A stretch of DNA of 64,000 nt, taken from positions 1-64,000 of IMG/VR virus record IMGVR_UViG_3300035670_000048, one strand, 5' to 3'. The notes beneath the pieces are model-generated. The model worked only from the letters and a program-made list of their open reading frames with translations. It had not been told where the DNA came from and did no database searches. Below, in pieces: positions 36,086 to 44,568 of the stretch. Source of the DNA: a virus (taxonomy: Duplodnaviria; Heunggongvirae; Uroviricota; Caudoviricetes). The position numbers and the translations under genes are program-made. Each line of letters begins with the position of its first letter. Positions within the stretch are counted from its first letter, which is position 1.

Positions 36086-37231
36086 TTAAAATCCAATCTT
36101 ACGTTTTGTATCTGCGGCTTTGTACTCGATTTCCTGTAAATTGTAAATTTCAGTTAATGTCATGTCATCAGTAGCGACGTGATCCATTCCTAAATGTTTG
36201 ATTAATTTATTAGCATCATCAACATTTAATTTATCGAATTTATGTTCAGCAATTAATCTACCTTTACGTAATAGCGCTGTATCAATCTTCTTACGATCCA
36301 TATTAAACGTGGCGACTATTTGAATGTTTAGTATGTCTCCCAGAATACCGTCAGTCAAGTTTAGTATGTTAGATACACCGTTGGCTCCGTTAGTATCTCG
36401 GTCAGTAATAACACGTTCAGCATCTTCAATGAATAGAATCGAATCACTATTTTCAATTAAAAACGGAGTCATCTCAGGTGAGGTGATGAAATCCACCAAA
36501 TATGGTGGGACGAACATCACCTTCTTGTCCTTGATTTTAGATGCTAAGTATTTTAAGTAGTGTGTCTTACCAGTACCTGGCTCGCCATGTAGTAGTACTA
36601 ATCCTTTACCTTTCTTCTGATTTAATGTTGATAATATCTTATCATGAATCGGAGTAAATGATGAACCGTAATTGTGTTCTAAATCTAATTTTTGCTTAGG
36701 CAGATCGAATGTTTGAGTATCATATCCGTGACGTGTCTGAACGATCAATGATATGTTATTTTCTCTCCTAGGTTTCTTTTTTAGAATCTTAAGTAAATCA
36801 GTACGTAATAATTCATATCCATCTAAGCTAATATTTGAGTATAGAGAGAGTGATGTATCATTATAATCATCTTCTTCGTCTTTAGATTTATTAACTTCAT
36901 TATATGGAGATAATTTTATCATCACTATGCTACTTCCACCATTATTATCATTAACTAATTTACTAAATACTTTAGTTGATGAATGTTTTTTGAATGAAGT
37001 ATAGTCTAAACTATGTACTTCATCAAATTTCCAAGTAGATAACCACTCATCCATTTCCTTAAGATTAAATGAATATCCTGATAGGTATTCATGCTTATTA
37101 ATCCAATGTCCGGTCTTATTTATAGCATAATGAGCATAAGGAAAATCCTCATGATCGACGTTATGGAATGGAGTTGTATTCATTGTTTCGTGTTTACCTT
37201 TAGTTAAATCAGTTATACTTATGTAAGTCAT
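36086..37231 (-). CDS. AAA+ ATPase (classic AAA: Walker A/B, second region of homology) with an N-terminal domain of unknown function.
   Basis: VLLHGEPGTGKTHYLKYLA ... ILFIEDAERV ... ATFNMDRKKIDTALLRKGRL. Confidence 0.6.
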   Translation of the reverse strand: MTYISITDLTKGKHETMNTTPFHNVDHEDFPYAHYAINKTGHWINKHEYLSGYSFNLKEMDEWLSTWKFDEVHSLDYTSFKKHSSTKVFSKLVNDNNGGSSIVMIKLSPYNEVNKSKDEEDDYNDTSLSLYSNISLDGYELLRTDLLKILKKKPRRENNISLIVQTRHGYDTQTFDLPKQKLDLEHNYGSSFTPIHDKILSTLNQKKGKGLVLLHGEPGTGKTHYLKYLASKIKDKKVMFVPPYLVDFITSPEMTPFLIENSDSILFIEDAERVITDRDTNGANGVSNILNLTDGILGDILNIQIVATFNMDRKKIDTALLRKGRLIAEHKFDKLNVDDANKLIKHLGMDHVATDDMTLTEIYNLQEIEYKAADTKRKIGF

Positions 37232-37244
37232 TATACAACTCGTT

Positions 37245-37478
37245 TTATAGTTTTAAATACCACGCTGTGAATTTTTGGATTAATCCAACAATACTTCTTA
37301 TGATCAGTACTACAATAGTTATAAACCATATACATGAAAGTACAGTATATGCTTCTTCATTACTATTCCAATCATAGTGATCATCATCGAATCCAAATGT
37401 TTTACCAAAGAATTTAAAAAATGTCAATGTGAGGAAAAACCCAATTAGATAAATTCCTATAATATATAATAATATCAT
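37245..37478 (-). CDS. Small 2-TM membrane protein.
   Basis: 77 aa. Two hydrophobic helices. Confidence 0.5.
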   Translation of the reverse strand: MILLYIIGIYLIGFFLTLTFFKFFGKTFGFDDDHYDWNSNEEAYTVLSCIWFITIVVLIIRSIVGLIQKFTAWYLKL

Positions 37479-38176
37479 TATACAACTCGTTTTACGTGAT
37501 GATCAAATTCGAATCCGGATTTAACTGGTCTTGGATTCATTAATGTTAATACTTTATTTAACGATATTGGATCCATTCCATTACCATCAACACCTACATC
37601 CATCATTTTACCTTTACCAATACGACGTTCTGGAGGTAAGTGGACATGTCCGTGTAAGTGAATTACATTCTCATTCATGTTATTCCATGACATGATTGGG
37701 TAATGCATCAATACGAAGTTATGTTCTTTATTTATATTTAATTCAACATATTGGTTAACTGATGAGAATATATGTCTAATTCCATCACGATCACGTTCAA
37801 TATGATGATCGTGATTACCTAATACTAAGTGAATATTCTTACAATTAATACGGTCACGGAATTTTTGGATTGATTCAAACCCACCAAACGACCAATCACC
37901 TAAGTGAAATAAGATATCATCTGGACCTACTACTTCGTTAATTCCATTTACAATTCGATCATTCATTTGATCTAATGTTTTGAAATCACGAGTAATATCT
38001 TCAGCATCAGTCCATCGAGTCACTCCTCTACAAATGTTAGTGTGATTATAGTGGGTGTCTGAAGTGAAGTATAGTCGTTGGGTAGGTTCTAATTTAATTT
38101 TCATCATTGAATTTTCCAAATAAATCCTCGCCTTTATAGTCTGGATGGTTTTTGTGCATGTAATCAATCCCACCAA
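37478..38176 (-). CDS. Calcineurin-type binuclear metallophosphoesterase.
   Basis: Motifs YFTSDTHYNH ... HLGDWSFGG ... VLGNHDHH ... HGHVH. Confidence 0.6.
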   Translation of the reverse strand: MVGLITCTKTIQTIKARIYLENSMMKIKLEPTQRLYFTSDTHYNHTNICRGVTRWTDAEDITRDFKTLDQMNDRIVNGINEVVGPDDILFHLGDWSFGGFESIQKFRDRINCKNIHLVLGNHDHHIERDRDGIRHIFSSVNQYVELNINKEHNFVLMHYPIMSWNNMNENVIHLHGHVHLPPERRIGKGKMMDVGVDGNGMDPISLNKVLTLMNPRPVKSGFEFDHHVKRVV

Positions 38177-38227
38177 CCCACATCCAACAGATATAGGCTA
38201 GTAATGGTAGTATAAGTAATATAATCG

Positions 38228-38407
38228 CTACCATATCTCTAACGCTGTTTTAGGAGTATTAGATTTAATATGTGATTCGCTTAAATTATATTTAAGTAAG
38301 TACTCACGTTTCTGACGAGCATAATACTCGTTCAATTCCTTATCAATTGATGATATTACAGTTGTAGGATACTGTTTGATATTGAATATATCTTTTTTGG
38401 CTGTCAT
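38228..38407 (-). CDS. Small ORF (59 aa).
   Basis: Translated by eye: MTAKKDIFNIKQYPTTVISSIDKELNEYYARQKREYLLKYNLSESHIKSNTPKTALEIW*. Class B motif at 38423-38444. Confidence 0.3.
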   Translation of the reverse strand: MTAKKDIFNIKQYPTTVISSIDKELNEYYARQKREYLLKYNLSESHIKSNTPKTALEIW

Positions 38408-38422
38408 AATAATTATTTTATG

Positions 38423-38444
38423 TTTTAAAGATAATGAGGAAAAG
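38423..38444 (-). promoter_or_regulatory. Early promoter motif, class B, placed immediately after a terminator hairpin.
   Basis: ttttaaagataatgaggaaaag. Confidence 0.5.
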
Positions 38445-38457
38445 GGGCCGAAGCCCC
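38444..38457 (-). terminator. Rho-independent terminator after 38465..39268.
   Basis: ggggccgaagcccc. On the gene strand GGGGCTTCGGCCCC is followed by TTTTCCTCATTATC. Confidence 0.55.
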
Positions 38458-38464
38458 TTACCTC

Positions 38465-39268
38465 TTAAACTACCTCGGCGTACTCGCTTACATACTGATC
38501 TGCTAATTCCCACAATCCGGAATTGAATTCGATGTCTTGGGTAAAGTTCTTTAACGCTCTTGCTTTACGTGTTTTACCTTTTTCGTTTTGGTAGTTAAAA
38601 CCACCACCAACTAACTTCTCTTGGACACGGTTCAGAATTGCCCACATCGACATACCAGCATCTTCTTTACGTTCAACTACTAATAATTGATCTGTATTAA
38701 TCTCTTTTAAATTATCACCAAAACGCAACTGAGCTGCTTTAGCTGCAAACGCATTTGCTAATTCATCTGAGATTTCGATTTCATTGAATTTATTAATACG
38801 ACCAACTACATCAGGTAAACGTTCTACCATTGTATGAATTAATGAACGTAATGTTTCGAAATCATAACCTTGATGGCGGATTTTTAATGTGCCTAAATCC
38901 TTATCTTTAATCACTAAACCGTTTGAACATACTAAACGGAAAATACCTACTTCAAATCTAAATGTAGACGAACCATCATGTGAATTGGTTAATAATACTT
39001 CAATGTATGAATCTACATTTCCGTTTGCATCAGCCATATACACACCCTCGTTTCTGAATTTAACTAAGTGTTTCTTAATTGCTGAATTGCCACCCTTACG
39101 GGCCTTAACACCAACTGCTTGAACGGGTTCCCATCCTAATTTTCTCATGTCTTCCACTACTTGAATAGTAGGGATTTGAGTGTAATGATCTGATAATCCG
39201 GCTTTATGCTCGGTAGATATTACTGCAGGTGCTAAATTTGCGATTTGATCGTTTGATAAAATGTTCAT
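38465..39268 (-). CDS. Hypothetical protein.
   Basis: 267 aa ORF. Terminator hairpin directly downstream (38444-38457). Confidence 0.5.
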   Translation of the reverse strand: MNILSNDQIANLAPAVISTEHKAGLSDHYTQIPTIQVVEDMRKLGWEPVQAVGVKARKGGNSAIKKHLVKFRNEGVYMADANGNVDSYIEVLLTNSHDGSSTFRFEVGIFRLVCSNGLVIKDKDLGTLKIRHQGYDFETLRSLIHTMVERLPDVVGRINKFNEIEISDELANAFAAKAAQLRFGDNLKEINTDQLLVVERKEDAGMSMWAILNRVQEKLVGGGFNYQNEKGKTRKARALKNFTQDIEFNSGLWELADQYVSEYAEVV

Positions 39269-39296
39269 TTGATATTTGGTTTAATTGTTTAACTTA

Positions 39297-39324
39297 TTTT
39301 ACGAGTTAAAGATAATGAGGAAAG
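39297..39324 (-). promoter_or_regulatory. Early promoter motif, class B.
   Basis: ttttacgagttaaagataatgaggaaag. Confidence 0.55.
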
Positions 39325-39334
39325 CTCTTACTTC

Positions 39335-39553
39335 CTAGTACTTGTAAGATGATTTAGTTTCAATTTCTTCTTCTGTTACTTCTGGTTTTGAGTAAGTATA
39401 AGGTACTACTGTATAACCCATTGTTTCAAGCATTGCTCTTAAATTCGATACTTTAGGATATGCCATTTTCTCTAATTCGGATCCAATTCCTTTTAATAAT
39501 AGCATTTCTTTGTAGTCACGAGCAGTTTTACGGTTGGCGGATGTGTTTTCCAT
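39335..39553 (-). CDS. Hypothetical protein.
   Basis: 72 aa ORF. Motif at 39587-39613. Confidence 0.5.
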   Translation of the reverse strand: MENTSANRKTARDYKEMLLLKGIGSELEKMAYPKVSNLRAMLETMGYTVVPYTYSKPEVTEEEIETKSSYKY

Positions 39554-39586
39554 TTGTTTGTTTTGGTTTTAAGTTAAAAATTTATT

Positions 39587-39613
39587 TTATAATGTAAATA
39601 TAATAAGGAAAAT
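39587..39613 (-). promoter_or_regulatory. Early promoter motif, class A.
   Basis: ttataatgtaaatataataaggaaaat. Confidence 0.55.
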
Positions 39614-40234
39614 TTAAATACTTTGGTAAGCTTCTCTAATCTTTTTACGTACTGTATCACGATAATCGTCTGCGGCAGCGATGATTTCGTTACGGGATGA
39701 ATTCCACAACTCCAATTCTGCTTTACGACGGCGTACTAATCCTCTACTAACGCGTCCACTAGCCATTTTATATTGTAGTAAATAAGGCTCAATATCACGT
39801 CCACGCTTAATTGCTTTACCTAATCCATCAGTTGCGAAACGCATTCCGATATTGAATGCTATCATTGATGTTAGTATAACTTTCTTACGAGATTTGAGTT
39901 CAGGGAAACGACGTTTAACGTCTTTAATGAATTTAGTATAATCCTTATCAAATAATTCGTCTGCTTCTCTAACTGATATGCCGTGTCTGTATTTAGAACG
40001 TTCGGCTTTAGTCATAACGTGACCCCAACCAATAGTCCATTTACCACCTTGGCATTTATACGGTTTTAATTTTAATGATTCTTCTGATTTGATGAATAAA
40101 GCAGCTGTATTATAGAGTTTGTCGTCTGACGTTTCTGCTACTTCAATAATTTCTGGTTCGACTGTGGGTCTGTGTTTTTCATTGTAACCCATCCACAATG
40201 CGGCTAACATAGCCGTTACGACTATCTTTCTCAT
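39614..40234 (-). CDS. Phage lysozyme (GH24, T4-lysozyme-like) with an N-terminal hydrophobic signal/anchor.
   Basis: SEESLKLKPYKCQGGKWTIGWGH aligns with T4L E11...D20...T26 ([21 protein letters not shown]). The catalytic Glu and Thr are present, and the Asp20 position is Cys. N-terminus MRKIVVTAMLAALWMGY. Confidence 0.6.
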   Translation of the reverse strand: MRKIVVTAMLAALWMGYNEKHRPTVEPEIIEVAETSDDKLYNTAALFIKSEESLKLKPYKCQGGKWTIGWGHVMTKAERSKYRHGISVREADELFDKDYTKFIKDVKRRFPELKSRKKVILTSMIAFNIGMRFATDGLGKAIKRGRDIEPYLLQYKMASGRVSRGLVRRRKAELELWNSSRNEIIAAADDYRDTVRKKIREAYQSI

Positions 40235-40307
40235 AAGTAATGTTGGTTAAATTGTTAAACTTATAATCTAAAGTTAATTAAGAAAGTTATACTTTCAAAA
40301 TTGTAAA

Positions 40308-40373
40308 GAGAGACTTCGGGTCTTTCAGGGTTACTGATGATGAGTGCAGGCTTAAAGTCGTATTACTAACCCT
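40308..40373 (-). terminator. Two adjacent stem-loops downstream of the tRNA-like pair (candidate terminator or processing structure).
   Basis: gagagacttcgggtctttc (7-bp stem, TTCGG loop). On the gene strand it is followed by TTTACAATTTTG. agggtta-N32-taaccct at 40327-40373. Confidence 0.35.
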
Positions 40374-40430
40374 TTTTCCAACCTATACCTCGTAAGCTCA
40401 TCACTACAGCTTCGCTCATCTCTCTTTATG

Positions 40431-40575
40431 TGGTTCTAATGGGAATCGAACCCATGATGTTAAGTCACTTACTTCAATCAACTACTCCTTATTGTGTACA
40501 CCTTAGAGCCTTTTCGATTGACCGTCACGTTAACCCACTCATTGCTTTTGGAGCGACCTCAACAACTATAGAACC
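40431..40575 (-). tRNA. tRNA-like element, 145 nt, with a perfect acceptor stem and T-arm but ~70 nt of extra internal sequence.
   Basis: RC: GGTTCTA-...-ATGGG-TTCGATT-CCCAT-TAGAACC-A. The 7/7 acceptor pairs with sequence 138 nt away. The interior is not foldable as a D/anticodon arm by eye. Confidence 0.35.
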
Positions 40576-40690
40576 ATATTTGATGTCTTTCCATCAGTCA
40601 CTAATTATTATGTCACGTTTCTGTTTTAGCCTATATTTAGGTTTCTGCAAGTGTTTCCGTATTACACGGAGGGCATTAGTTCACCCACTG

Positions 40691-40832
40691 TAGTCAGGAC
40701 AGGATTCGAACCTGTAAATTGCTAATCGTTGTGAGCCTATATAGCATTCATCTCACCGCTTCTACGATTGCGTATACCAATGCTTTTTTATTACTTGCAA
40801 TTAATATATAGCATATATTCCGCCACCTGACC
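40691..40832 (-). tRNA. tRNA-like gene, 141 nt. Same family as 21106 and 27400, with a ~37-nt insertion in the D-loop and a ~27-nt hairpin insertion in the anticodon-arm region.
   Basis: RC: GGTCAGG-TG-GCGG-AAT[ATATGC...AAGCAT]TGGTATA-CGC-AATCGT...[GGTGAG...CTCAC]...ACGATT...ACAGG-TTCGAAT-CCTGT-CCTGACT-A. Acceptor 7/7 (one G-U). Confidence 0.4.
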
Positions 40833-41042
40833 AAATAATTTCGGAACTTATGGATTTTCACCACCAAAATCTCTTTTCTCAACTGGCCTCGTTGAGCGAG
40901 TGTTATCGCGTAATTCGTCATTCCTAACTTAGGGTAATTAATCCTAAATATATCTTTATGGTTCGTCCTCGAATTCGGGAAACGGATTAAAACCATTTAA
41001 AATTGCTTCAACATAAATTTCGTCCATCGTCTTATCTTTAAG

Positions 41043-41066
41043 TACGATGTAAATGTAATTAGGAAA
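41043..41066 (-). promoter_or_regulatory. Early promoter motif, class A.
   Basis: acgatgtaaatgtaattaggaaat. Confidence 0.55.
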
Positions 41067-41069
41067 TTT

Positions 41070-41789
41070 TTAAAATCCGAACGTTTTGATATTATCGTCC
41101 TTGTCTATTAGTATAGCTGTTTTAGACTCTACCCAATCACCTGAGTTTAAATAATGGATTCCGTCTATTATTCTATCTTCGGCTGTATGAATATGACCAC
41201 ATATAACACCACTACATTTGTGTTGTTTAGCTAATTTAGCTGCATTTTCTTCAAAATCAGCTATAAATGATACTGCTGATTTGACTTTAGCTTTAATACG
41301 TTTACTAATTGAGTAATATGGTAAGCCGAATGATGCTCTGATACGGTTGAATGTTGTGTTTAATGCTAATGCTAGATCGTATCCAACTGATCCAATTTTA
41401 GCTACCCATTTCCAAGTTGATGAAAATACATCTAAAATATCACCATGAAATACTAAGTATTTCTTACGTTTAATGCCGATTATATATTCTTCACATAACG
41501 TTATATTAGACATTTTAATCATGAAGAACTCAGATAGGAACTCATCATGATTACCTCTAATCCAAATAATATCTGTTTTTTTAGATAACTCAAGTAATCT
41601 AAGTATAACTTTAGTATGTTGTTTTTTCCATTTTGAACCACGTTGTAATGCCCACCCATCAACTATATCACCATTCAATATTAGTTGTTCAGTTGGGTGT
41701 TCGTCTAAGAACTTTAAAAATTCTTTAGCCTGGCTATCTTTAGTTCCTAGATGGAGATCAGACACTATGATGGTTTTATATTTGGTCAT
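41070..41789 (-). CDS. LpxH-like calcineurin-fold metallophosphoesterase.
   Basis: IIVSDLHLGTKD ... LNGDIVDGW ... RGNHDEF ... ICGHIHT. Confidence 0.5.
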   Translation of the reverse strand: MTKYKTIIVSDLHLGTKDSQAKEFLKFLDEHPTEQLILNGDIVDGWALQRGSKWKKQHTKVILRLLELSKKTDIIWIRGNHDEFLSEFFMIKMSNITLCEEYIIGIKRKKYLVFHGDILDVFSSTWKWVAKIGSVGYDLALALNTTFNRIRASFGLPYYSISKRIKAKVKSAVSFIADFEENAAKLAKQHKCSGVICGHIHTAEDRIIDGIHYLNSGDWVESKTAILIDKDDNIKTFGF

Positions 41790-42774
41790 ATAATACGTTT
41801 TCTATTGCTTTTAATACTTGTTCGTCTGTTGATATTTTGAAATTATAATCAGCATCTGGTAGTTTTGTTCTTTCTAAGAACCATCTTAAATACACAGGTG
41901 CTAATTTACCTTTATATCCATTATGAATACGATTTGCTGCTTCAGCATTACATTCTTGTTCATATTGACCCTCAATTGGTATAGTCAAAACTCGTTTATT
42001 TAAGTACAATGCTTCAGCTACTGTTTCAAACCCACCTCCGGTAATTACTCCACTACATCCTAGTAAAGCATACATAAAATCAGATGGATTAGATGGTTTT
42101 AATCGTACATTAGACTTATTCCAAGTAGGTTTATTTACTTGAGATGAAAATATTACAAATTGGTATTCTGGGTATTTACCAAATAGATTCATTAATTCAT
42201 TTGGGTTGTAAGCCGATAAATAAACTAATATATATTTTTTATCGACTACTAACCCTTTACTATCACGTATAACGCTTCTAATATGAGGTGGTAATATGAA
42301 GTCATCATAATCTTTAAAATGAAATCCAACATTATGTTTACATGGAGCGTAATTCTTTAATATCCATTCAGCTACTTTATCCACTTTAGGTGGACGAGGT
42401 GTTTCTTCAGATAGGAATGCAGCGTGGTGAGATAATGATAGTGACTTAATACCTCGTAATTTAGCAGCATATGCTGATATCGGTTCAAAATCTGATATAA
42501 TTAAATCATATTGCTCAACTGGTAATGATAGTATATCCTTAATGAATTGGAATATATTTAATTGCCTGAATGTTTTCCAGTAATCTAATTTACCATTATC
42601 ATAAACGAATGTGAATCCTTTAAGTCGGTATTTAATGTTTTGTCCAATATCGATTGGATTCATTTCACCTGATACTAAAATATCTACATCGTAGTGTTTT
42701 AGAATAGGTAAAATTGACATTGCGCGTGACGCGTGGCCATAACCGGTGCCATTGAAGGCATATAATATTTTCAT
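41776..42774 (-). CDS. GT-B fold glycosyltransferase (GT28 / MurG-like).
   Basis: N-terminus MKILYAFNGTGYGHASRAMSILPIL (GxGxxGH). C-terminal GGGFETVAEALYLNKRVLTIPIEGQ. Confidence 0.45.
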   Translation of the reverse strand: MKILYAFNGTGYGHASRAMSILPILKHYDVDILVSGEMNPIDIGQNIKYRLKGFTFVYDNGKLDYWKTFRQLNIFQFIKDILSLPVEQYDLIISDFEPISAYAAKLRGIKSLSLSHHAAFLSEETPRPPKVDKVAEWILKNYAPCKHNVGFHFKDYDDFILPPHIRSVIRDSKGLVVDKKYILVYLSAYNPNELMNLFGKYPEYQFVIFSSQVNKPTWNKSNVRLKPSNPSDFMYALLGCSGVITGGGFETVAEALYLNKRVLTIPIEGQYEQECNAEAANRIHNGYKGKLAPVYLRWFLERTKLPDADYNFKISTDEQVLKAIENVLYDQI

Positions 42775-43310
42775 TAATCTACAAGTTTGTATATTTCATC
42801 TAAACAACGTCCTTGTTCATCGTAATCTAATCCAAATCCAACAATAAATTCATCATTGGTTAACTCCATGCCTACGTAATCAACAACCACATCAACTGTG
42901 TAATTCTTGGGGCGTGTAAATAAAGAGCAAATTTTAACGCTGTTAACGTGTTTTTCATGGATGAGATATTCTTTTAGCTGCTGCATTGTTAGGCCTGTTT
43001 CAACAATGTCCTCGACTATAATTATATTACGTTTAAACAAGTCGCGGGATATTCCAAGAACTTGTTTTACTTCACCTGTAGATTCAGTACCCTCATACGA
43101 TGATAACCTAATATATTCTAATTCAGGATTTAATGGGTATAAATGTTCCGCTAAATGAGCCGCGAATATACCTGCACCCTTTAATACTATTACCAATACT
43201 GGATTACGTACGTTGTCGTGCATAATCTCCATTGATAATGCCTTAATCATGGCATTTAATTTTTGTTTTGGTATTAGTGGTTCGAAATTTTTATCTTTAA
43301 TCTTCAACAT
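42774..43310 (-). CDS. hpt: Hypoxanthine-guanine phosphoribosyltransferase.
   Basis: PRPP-binding motif IIIVEDIVETGLTM. LKGAGIFAAHL, DYVGMELTNDEFIVGFGLDYDEQGRCL. Confidence 0.75.
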   Translation of the reverse strand: MLKIKDKNFEPLIPKQKLNAMIKALSMEIMHDNVRNPVLVIVLKGAGIFAAHLAEHLYPLNPELEYIRLSSYEGTESTGEVKQVLGISRDLFKRNIIIVEDIVETGLTMQQLKEYLIHEKHVNSVKICSLFTRPKNYTVDVVVDYVGMELTNDEFIVGFGLDYDEQGRCLDEIYKLVD

Positions 43311-43485
43311 TAGCTTTATTTAAGTCCTTAGTAATTTGTTCTATAATCTCGTCTGTAGTTAAAAACATAGGAGCATCTAAACGATATTTACCTTTAAGGC
43401 TGTTATATGAACTAATAACTTCTCGTACCAAACTTTGTGTAATTTGGGTTTTTGGTTCTTGATTTGACATAACTTGTTATTTAAT

Positions 43486-43713
43486 TTAATCTGCGAATAA
43501 ATCGTCTGGTAAATCGTCTAATTCATCTTCCCATTCTGGAAATTCATCTTCATCAGCCCAAATCACATTCCATTCAGCATCGCTGATTTCATTTGGGTCG
43601 ATAATTTCTTCTAATCCGTAGTATTCTAAATCCTCTTCGTATGTTTCATCGTAAGCAATATTATCGATATCAACATCAAGTGGAGTTTTTGGGTTGCGTG
43701 GTCTTAGTTCCAT
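43486..43713 (-). CDS. Highly acidic small protein.
   Basis: 75 aa, D/E-rich (ADEDEFPEWEDELDDLPDDLFAD). Confidence 0.5.
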   Translation of the reverse strand: MELRPRNPKTPLDVDIDNIAYDETYEEDLEYYGLEEIIDPNEISDAEWNVIWADEDEFPEWEDELDDLPDDLFAD

Positions 43714-43714
43714 A

Positions 43715-44089
43715 TTATAATTCTGAGATTATGTTTAGAATGTCTTTTTTTAGTTGTTTACGCGTAAATTTTACTGTTGGTATTAATGTTTTTAACTCAA
43801 CTAACTTAGCACATAACTCATATTCTTCAGCTTCTTCCAATACTGGTAAACATCCATCTAAATTTTCGATGTAATCAGTATCATCCATTGCTAATGAAGT
43901 AGCCATACTTAAACCACCAATACTTGGAGACATTATAGTACAAGCAATAATATATTTTAGTTTATGTTTACAAGCAAATTCGACCGCTTTAACCGTTTGC
44001 TTAGCAATATCTAGTCTGTGTTCCGGACCCGGCATTCCTGCCTTGCCTCCACGGATTATAAGCGGTTCGAATTGATCTTGTTCTTCCAT
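43715..44089 (-). CDS. Hypothetical protein.
   Basis: 124 aa ORF. Confidence 0.5.
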   Translation of the reverse strand: MEEQDQFEPLIIRGGKAGMPGPEHRLDIAKQTVKAVEFACKHKLKYIIACTIMSPSIGGLSMATSLAMDDTDYIENLDGCLPVLEEAEEYELCAKLVELKTLIPTVKFTRKQLKKDILNIISEL

Positions 44090-44100
44090 AATGATAAATA

Positions 44101-44310
44101 TTATGCTTCAATCACAGAAACAATATTTGATTTAGATGCTGATTTTACTTCAAAATCGTTCTCGCCACGCTCAGCTAAATATTCTGTAATACGTGCTTCA
44201 GCTTCTGTAACGCTCATTGCGTCTACTAAATACTGTTCTGTTTGTTTTTTAATTTTACCTTTTGCGTCTTCTACTTCGAAAACGGCTTTTACTGTGAAAT
44301 ACTGAGCCAT
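44101..44310 (-). CDS. Hypothetical protein.
   Basis: 69 aa ORF. Confidence 0.5.
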   Translation of the reverse strand: MAQYFTVKAVFEVEDAKGKIKKQTEQYLVDAMSVTEAEARITEYLAERGENDFEVKSASKSNIVSVIEA

Positions 44311-44313
44311 AAT

Positions 44314-44553
44314 TTATATAATTTTATTTGTAATTTGTAAAATTGTTTTTTGATCTTCTTCAGATAGTCTCCATCTGTTGTTGGACAGTTTACCAATTTG
44401 GTCATTCCATACATCATCTGTACTTGGGAACTCCGCTTTTTTAGCTACGTAACCATCTTCATATAGTTCGTCTACTAACTGTTGTAATTCTCTAACGCTT
44501 AATGATGAAATAACATCATCAATATCTACATCTACACTAACGTAACCACGCAT
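44314..44553 (-). CDS. Hypothetical protein.
   Basis: 79 aa ORF. Motif at 44569-44591. Confidence 0.5.
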   Translation of the reverse strand: MRGYVSVDVDIDDVISSLSVRELQQLVDELYEDGYVAKKAEFPSTDDVWNDQIGKLSNNRWRLSEEDQKTILQITNKII

Positions 44554-44568
44554 ATTTTATTTATTTTA

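Noticed and set aside
40430-40996. Track ORFs 40430..40693 (+) and 40748..40996 (-).
   Set aside because: They run straight through the tRNA-like elements (acceptor and T-arm sequences) and have no promoter motif, so an RNA locus is far more likely.
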